DNA of 64,000 nt from a virus (lineage: Duplodnaviria; Caudoviricetes). The number at the start of each line of letters is the position of its first letter. Positions within the stretch are counted from its first letter, which is position 1. Of the stretch, positions 60,060 through 64,000 are shown piece after piece. The notes below the pieces were generated by a model. The model was given only the letters and a program-made list of their open reading frames with translations. It made no database searches and was not told where the DNA came from. The stretch covers positions 64,001-128,000 of the IMG/VR virus record IMGVR_UViG_3300021399_000113. One strand, given 5' to 3'. A program made the translations under genes and the position numbers.

Positions 60060-61604
60060 ATGCCTCAAGATACAGTAAATGATGGTTTATTACATTTTAC
60101 TGACGAGAATGGAATAGAGAAAGCCATATTAGGTACATTAGAAGGTGCTTGTGCAGACTTCATTGCTCCCACTCGTAATGGCAGATTATATAATGATGAA
60201 CTGTGGGGGGAAGTTTTTGAAAAGAACCCTATAGTGAATGAGTTATTTGAAAATGGTGGTATCGTTGGTGAATTAGACCACCCAGCAAATTATAATTCAG
60301 AGGGTGTCGAAGACAGAGATGAAAGCGACACTTCCAGAACGGCAATTCTGTTAAAGGAAAAGCCAGTAAAAAAAGATGGTAAATATTGGGCAAAGTTTTT
60401 AATTCTCAATACACCATTAGGTAAGATTGCGTATACATTAGCAAAGGCTGGATTTAAATTTGGTGTAAGTTCAAGAGGGTCTGGAGATGTTCTTACAGAT
60501 GATAATGGTAATGAATATGTCGACCCACTTACTTATGATTTTAAAGCATTTGACTTAGTATTGTTACCAGCAGTTAAGTCTGCAAGGTTAAGTCTTGTTA
60601 CTGAGTCATTAGATACCAAAAAGAAATTTAATTATAAAGAAGAACTTACAGAGCAAATCAATTCTGCTGATGATGAGGGTAAAAAGTTAATAACAGAAAC
60701 CCTTGACCATTTAGGAATACGCTATCAATCAACCGATAAGGTTGTTAATATAGAGGATGAGCCTACTAAAGAAGAAGTTGTCAATGACAAGTCAGATTTA
60801 ATTAAGCAACTCCAAGAAGCATTATTGAATAACCAAAAGTTAGAAAAAGAGATTACTAATCTTCAAGAAAAATTATCAGTTTGTTATACAAAGGAAAGTC
60901 GTAACGAAGAAGTAATTGAAAAGTATAAGACTTCAATTCAGAAGTTAACCGAGTCACTAAAAATTGCTAAAGTAGAATCCCTAAAAATTCCAAAGTTACA
61001 GACTGTAATTTCTGGTCTTAAGGAAGATATTAATACTAAGGATGCAAAGGTTGCAGAATTAACTGAAAAGTTAAGAGTAAGTGCAAAGAATAAAAAGGGA
61101 TTAAATGAATCTCTTGCTAAACAAGAGAATGATGTAAAAGAATTAACTAATAGAGTACATACCTTATCTGAATCCTTAAAGGAAACCAGAGTAAAGGCAA
61201 AACAAGATGTTGAAACTCTTACTGAAAAGTTAGAAGACTTAAAGAAGGATTCCGCTATTAAGAAAAAGGAATACTCAGATAAGTTAAAACAGTCCAATGG
61301 ACTTGTTGAGAAATATAAATCAATCGCAAAGACAGTTGTAAATGAGTATATTAGTTCTCAAGCGAAAATGATTGGAGTAGGCACTGCTGAAATAACCAAT
61401 AAACTTCCTGCTAATTATTCATTAAATGATATAACTGCTGTTTGTGAAAGTTTAAGAGATACAAAGATAGCATTAAATAAATTACCATTTGATACAAGAA
61501 GAATGGCAAATGCAAAAATTGTTGCTAATCAACCAAAAGAGCCAATTCTTCCAACAAATGAAGATGATATAGTTGATGAATCTTTGTTATCATTTTTACG
61601 CTAA
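60060..61604 (+). CDS. prohead protease (T4 gp21-like) fused to a coiled-coil scaffold
   Basis: NGRLY, GELDHP, TPLG, GVSSRGSG, FDLV..PA; LTE-rich coiled coil. Confidence 0.9.
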   Translation: MPQDTVNDGLLHFTDENGIEKAILGTLEGACADFIAPTRNGRLYNDELWGEVFEKNPIVNELFENGGIVGELDHPANYNSEGVEDRDESDTSRTAILLKEKPVKKDGKYWAKFLILNTPLGKIAYTLAKAGFKFGVSSRGSGDVLTDDNGNEYVDPLTYDFKAFDLVLLPAVKSARLSLVTESLDTKKKFNYKEELTEQINSADDEGKKLITETLDHLGIRYQSTDKVVNIEDEPTKEEVVNDKSDLIKQLQEALLNNQKLEKEITNLQEKLSVCYTKESRNEEVIEKYKTSIQKLTESLKIAKVESLKIPKLQTVISGLKEDINTKDAKVAELTEKLRVSAKNKKGLNESLAKQENDVKELTNRVHTLSESLKETRVKAKQDVETLTEKLEDLKKDSAIKKKEYSDKLKQSNGLVEKYKSIAKTVVNEYISSQAKMIGVGTAEITNKLPANYSLNDITAVCESLRDTKIALNKLPFDTRRMANAKIVANQPKEPILPTNEDDIVDESLLSFLR

Positions 61605-61648
61605 TAAGTTGTATATATTGTTATAATAAATTAAGGAGTAAATAACAC

Positions 61649-61838
61649 ATGAATCTTTTAGAGAAATATAGCAACAGACTTAAAGTTGCTGAGTCTTTAT
61701 ATTCAAAGACACACAGTGGTGCTCCTATGGACACCAACCAGAAGCTTTGTGTTGCTACTTGCCTTGATAACGTTTCTCGTTATTTAACAGAAGCATTTAA
61801 CTCAAGCGAGGGTACACAGAGAACAGATATGGGAGCGT
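61649..61838 (+). CDS. major capsid protein, exon 1
   Basis: follows protease-scaffold; LDN..RYLTEA propeptide; ends at the U of intron P1. Confidence 0.8.
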
Positions 61839-62993
61839 AAACTTATGCGCAATACTGTGGTGACACAGTAGTGTTTATTAAGATACGTGCTTTATAGGAC
61901 AAAGGAGTAGCTACCTCGTTAGTACCTACAATTACTAACTTACTATAAAGCATAAGATATTATATCTATGTAGGAGATATGAATATGTATGGTTATGTTT
62001 ATAAAACGACTGACCTAAGAAATAATAAAATCTATATTGGTCAACATAAAAGTGAACAATATGATGATAAATATTATGGGTCGGGAATCATAATTACTTC
62101 TTTGATAAAGAAATATGGTACACAGAATTTTAAGAATGAGATTTTGTGTGAATGTGCTTCTGCGGAAGAACTAAACGATAAAGAAATAGAATTCATTGCA
62201 CAGTATGATGCAAGAAATCCAGAAATCGGATATAACATTGCAACGGGTGGTGCATTTGGTGATTCTGGTTATCATTTAGGAATGCTTGGAAAAACTCAAA
62301 CAGATAAGCAAAAGGCTTGTGCTTCAAAAGCTTGCTCTTACAAAAGGGATAAGAAATTTTGTGAAAGGATGGCACAGCAGACCACAGCCTTGTGGGAAGA
62401 TGATAAGTACAGAGAGTTAATGTCCAAGAAACGCAAAGGTAAAATTCCTTGGAACAAAGGGATGACCATAGATGAAGAGACTAAAGAAAAGATTTCCAAG
62501 TCAGTATCTAAAAGCCTTAAAGATAAATATGAGGCAATGACCGATGAAGAAAAGCTTGCACGTGGTAAAGCAATCTCTGCTGGAAAGAAAGGCAAGGTTG
62601 CAGTAACTGATGGCAATAAAACTTACTTTGTTTCTTCTGATGAAGTGGATGATTACATACATAAAGGATATTACAAGATGTCCTTACAGAGATATAAGAA
62701 ACTTAATAAACAATAAACAAGGTGAATTATTGGAAACTCTCTTAACATAGTACAGAGTGTTAAGAGACAATCAATAGCCAAGTTCATATATTTTATATGA
62801 AAAGGTTTAACGACTATCGAAAGCATAGTATGTGAGAAATACACATACGAAGAAGTGAGTAGAGTAGGAGATAGTATCTCCGAAGTGCCTTGCATCTTTA
62901 TTGCGGTAGCAGTAATAAAGATGGTGATATAGTCTGAACACTATAGTGATATAGTGAGAATAATCGGAAACGGATTATTCATAACACACTTTG
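61839..62993 (+). mobile_element. group I intron 1 in the capsid gene
   Basis: P1 GCGT|A:TGCGC with U.G pair; core elements TTAACGACTA and GATATAGTC; terminal G; IGS TTAT pairs with exon-2 ATAA. Confidence 0.88.
61979..62716 (+). CDS. GIY-YIG homing endonuclease with NUMOD-type repeats
   Basis: GYVY...KIYIGQ, YYGSG, GYNI; PWNKG. Confidence 0.92.
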   Translation: MNMYGYVYKTTDLRNNKIYIGQHKSEQYDDKYYGSGIIITSLIKKYGTQNFKNEILCECASAEELNDKEIEFIAQYDARNPEIGYNIATGGAFGDSGYHLGMLGKTQTDKQKACASKACSYKRDKKFCERMAQQTTALWEDDKYRELMSKKRKGKIPWNKGMTIDEETKEKISKSVSKSLKDKYEAMTDEEKLARGKAISAGKKGKVAVTDGNKTYFVSSDEVDDYIHKGYYKMSLQRYKKLNKQ

Positions 62994-63030
62994 ATAAGAA
63001 ATTCTGTATGACTCTTACAAACGTAGCCTT
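62994..63030 (+). CDS. major capsid protein, 37-nt exon 2 (YKKFCMTLTNVA)
   Basis: in frame with exon 1 after splicing; AGCCTT pairs with GAGGCT in P1 of the next intron. Confidence 0.78.
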
Positions 63031-64000
63031 TAACTAATCAGAGGCTGTGAGTAGTAATACTCATGGAAATTTAACAGTTACATATTAGTTACATTATAAT
63101 CATAAGGTTATAATGTGGGACAGGGAGTTGCAAGCCTTTTTGATTACCCTTAATAATCAAATTACCACATTTATGATATTAAATAAATTTTAAGGGAGTT
63201 TATTCAATGTATGGTTATATTTATAAAACAACAAATTTAATAACCAATAAAATCTATGTTGGACAAAAGAAATCAAATAAGTTTCTTGGAACAAAATATT
63301 TAGGTAGTGGAACGCATTTAAAAGAATCTGTAAAACATCACGGCAAAGAGAATTTTACTGTTGAGTTTATAGATAGTGCAGAAACCGCTACTGAATTAAA
63401 TGAAAAAGAAATTTATTGGATAGATAAATTAGACGCACGAAATCCTCAAGTCGGATATAACATCTCTCTTGGTGGTGATGGTAATACATCTGGTACATCT
63501 TGGAATAAAGGTCTTACCAAAGAACAAGATGAAAGGTTGATTTGTTCAGAGCAGACCAGAATGAAACGAAGTAAATCGTTGAAAAGGTCTTATGCTGAAG
63601 GACAACACAAAGTCAACTTTACTGATGAGATTCGTGCTAAGATGAGTGCTAAAGCAAAGGCAAGACCTCATCTTCCAACTACCAATGGTAAGAAAGTAAT
63701 AAATAATGGAGAAACAAATAAAATGGTTTATCCACAAGAACTTGAAACTTACTTATCAAATGGTTGGGTAGTTGGTAAATTACCCAGTAATAAACCAGCG
63801 TGGAATAAAGGGTTGACTAAAGACACAAATGAGAGTGTAAACAAATACTCAAAGGCAAGACAAAAGCTAATAGCAAGTGGTAATCGAGTTGGTTTTTGTA
63901 ATGCTAAAGGGAATCATTTTTCTAAAGGTCAAAAGGTTAAAGAGTTTGTTGCTGAAAACTGTTAAAGAAAACGATGTGAAATCGGGGAAAACCTTATTAT
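63031..64000 (+). mobile_element. group I intron 2 in the capsid gene (runs off the window)
   Basis: P1 with U.G pair; GTGAAATCGGGGAAACC core start after the endonuclease ORF. Confidence 0.82.
63207..63965 (+). CDS. GIY-YIG homing endonuclease
   Basis: GYIY...KIYVGQ, YLGSG, GYNI; WNKGLTK repeats. Confidence 0.92.
   Translation: MYGYIYKTTNLITNKIYVGQKKSNKFLGTKYLGSGTHLKESVKHHGKENFTVEFIDSAETATELNEKEIYWIDKLDARNPQVGYNISLGGDGNTSGTSWNKGLTKEQDERLICSEQTRMKRSKSLKRSYAEGQHKVNFTDEIRAKMSAKAKARPHLPTTNGKKVINNGETNKMVYPQELETYLSNGWVVGKLPSNKPAWNKGLTKDTNESVNKYSKARQKLIASGNRVGFCNAKGNHFSKGQKVKEFVAENC

Noticed and set aside
392-63737. All minus-strand ORFs
   Set aside because: Each lies opposite a better-supported + strand gene or RNA and shows no recognisable motif.
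1-64000. Alternative genetic code or stop-codon reassignment
   Set aside because: Long genes are intact in code 11, all three stops are used, and no suppressor tRNA was found. The TGA anticodon at 4851 is a Ser anticodon, not a suppressor.

Overview
A 64-kb segment of a large, AT-rich tailed phage with a T4-like head module. All credible genes are on the + strand. SigmaA-type promoters and GGAGG ribosome-binding sites suggest a Firmicutes (probably clostridial) host. Layout: (1) 1-8100, an array of about 20 tRNA or tRNA-like genes, none with an encoded CCA, mixed with several unexplained structured RNAs, a HAD RNA-repair-type phosphatase and a DUF2828 (Ro/TROVE-like + vWA) gene; (2) 8.1-14.6 kb, nucleic-acid end-processing enzymes (phosphoesterases, CCA-adding enzyme, RlaP-like nucleotidyltransferase, DNA ligase, DNA methyltransferase); (3) 14.7-26.9 kb, many small early hypothetical genes; (4) 27-35.6 kb, metabolic and replication genes plus a candidate origin; (5) 35.7-53.4 kb, acidic putative head-internal proteins, a tail-fibre-like gene, a radical-SAM/CxxxC-repeat modification cassette and holin-like genes; (6) 53.4-64 kb, terminase (with intein), portal, protease-scaffold and a major capsid gene split by two group I introns. 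Two candidates stand out as possibly undescribed systems. The first is a family of five small stem-closed RNAs sharing a WCNGCAA motif, two of which carry perfect anticodon stem-loop mimics; the same module appears circularly permuted inside the anticodon arm of two tRNA genes, all around the Ro-like DUF2828 gene. The second is a roughly 90-Cys CxxxC-repeat protein with its own intein-containing radical-SAM/SPASM maturase, co-transcribed with a virion fibre gene. All family assignments come from motif recognition by eye, not database searches.
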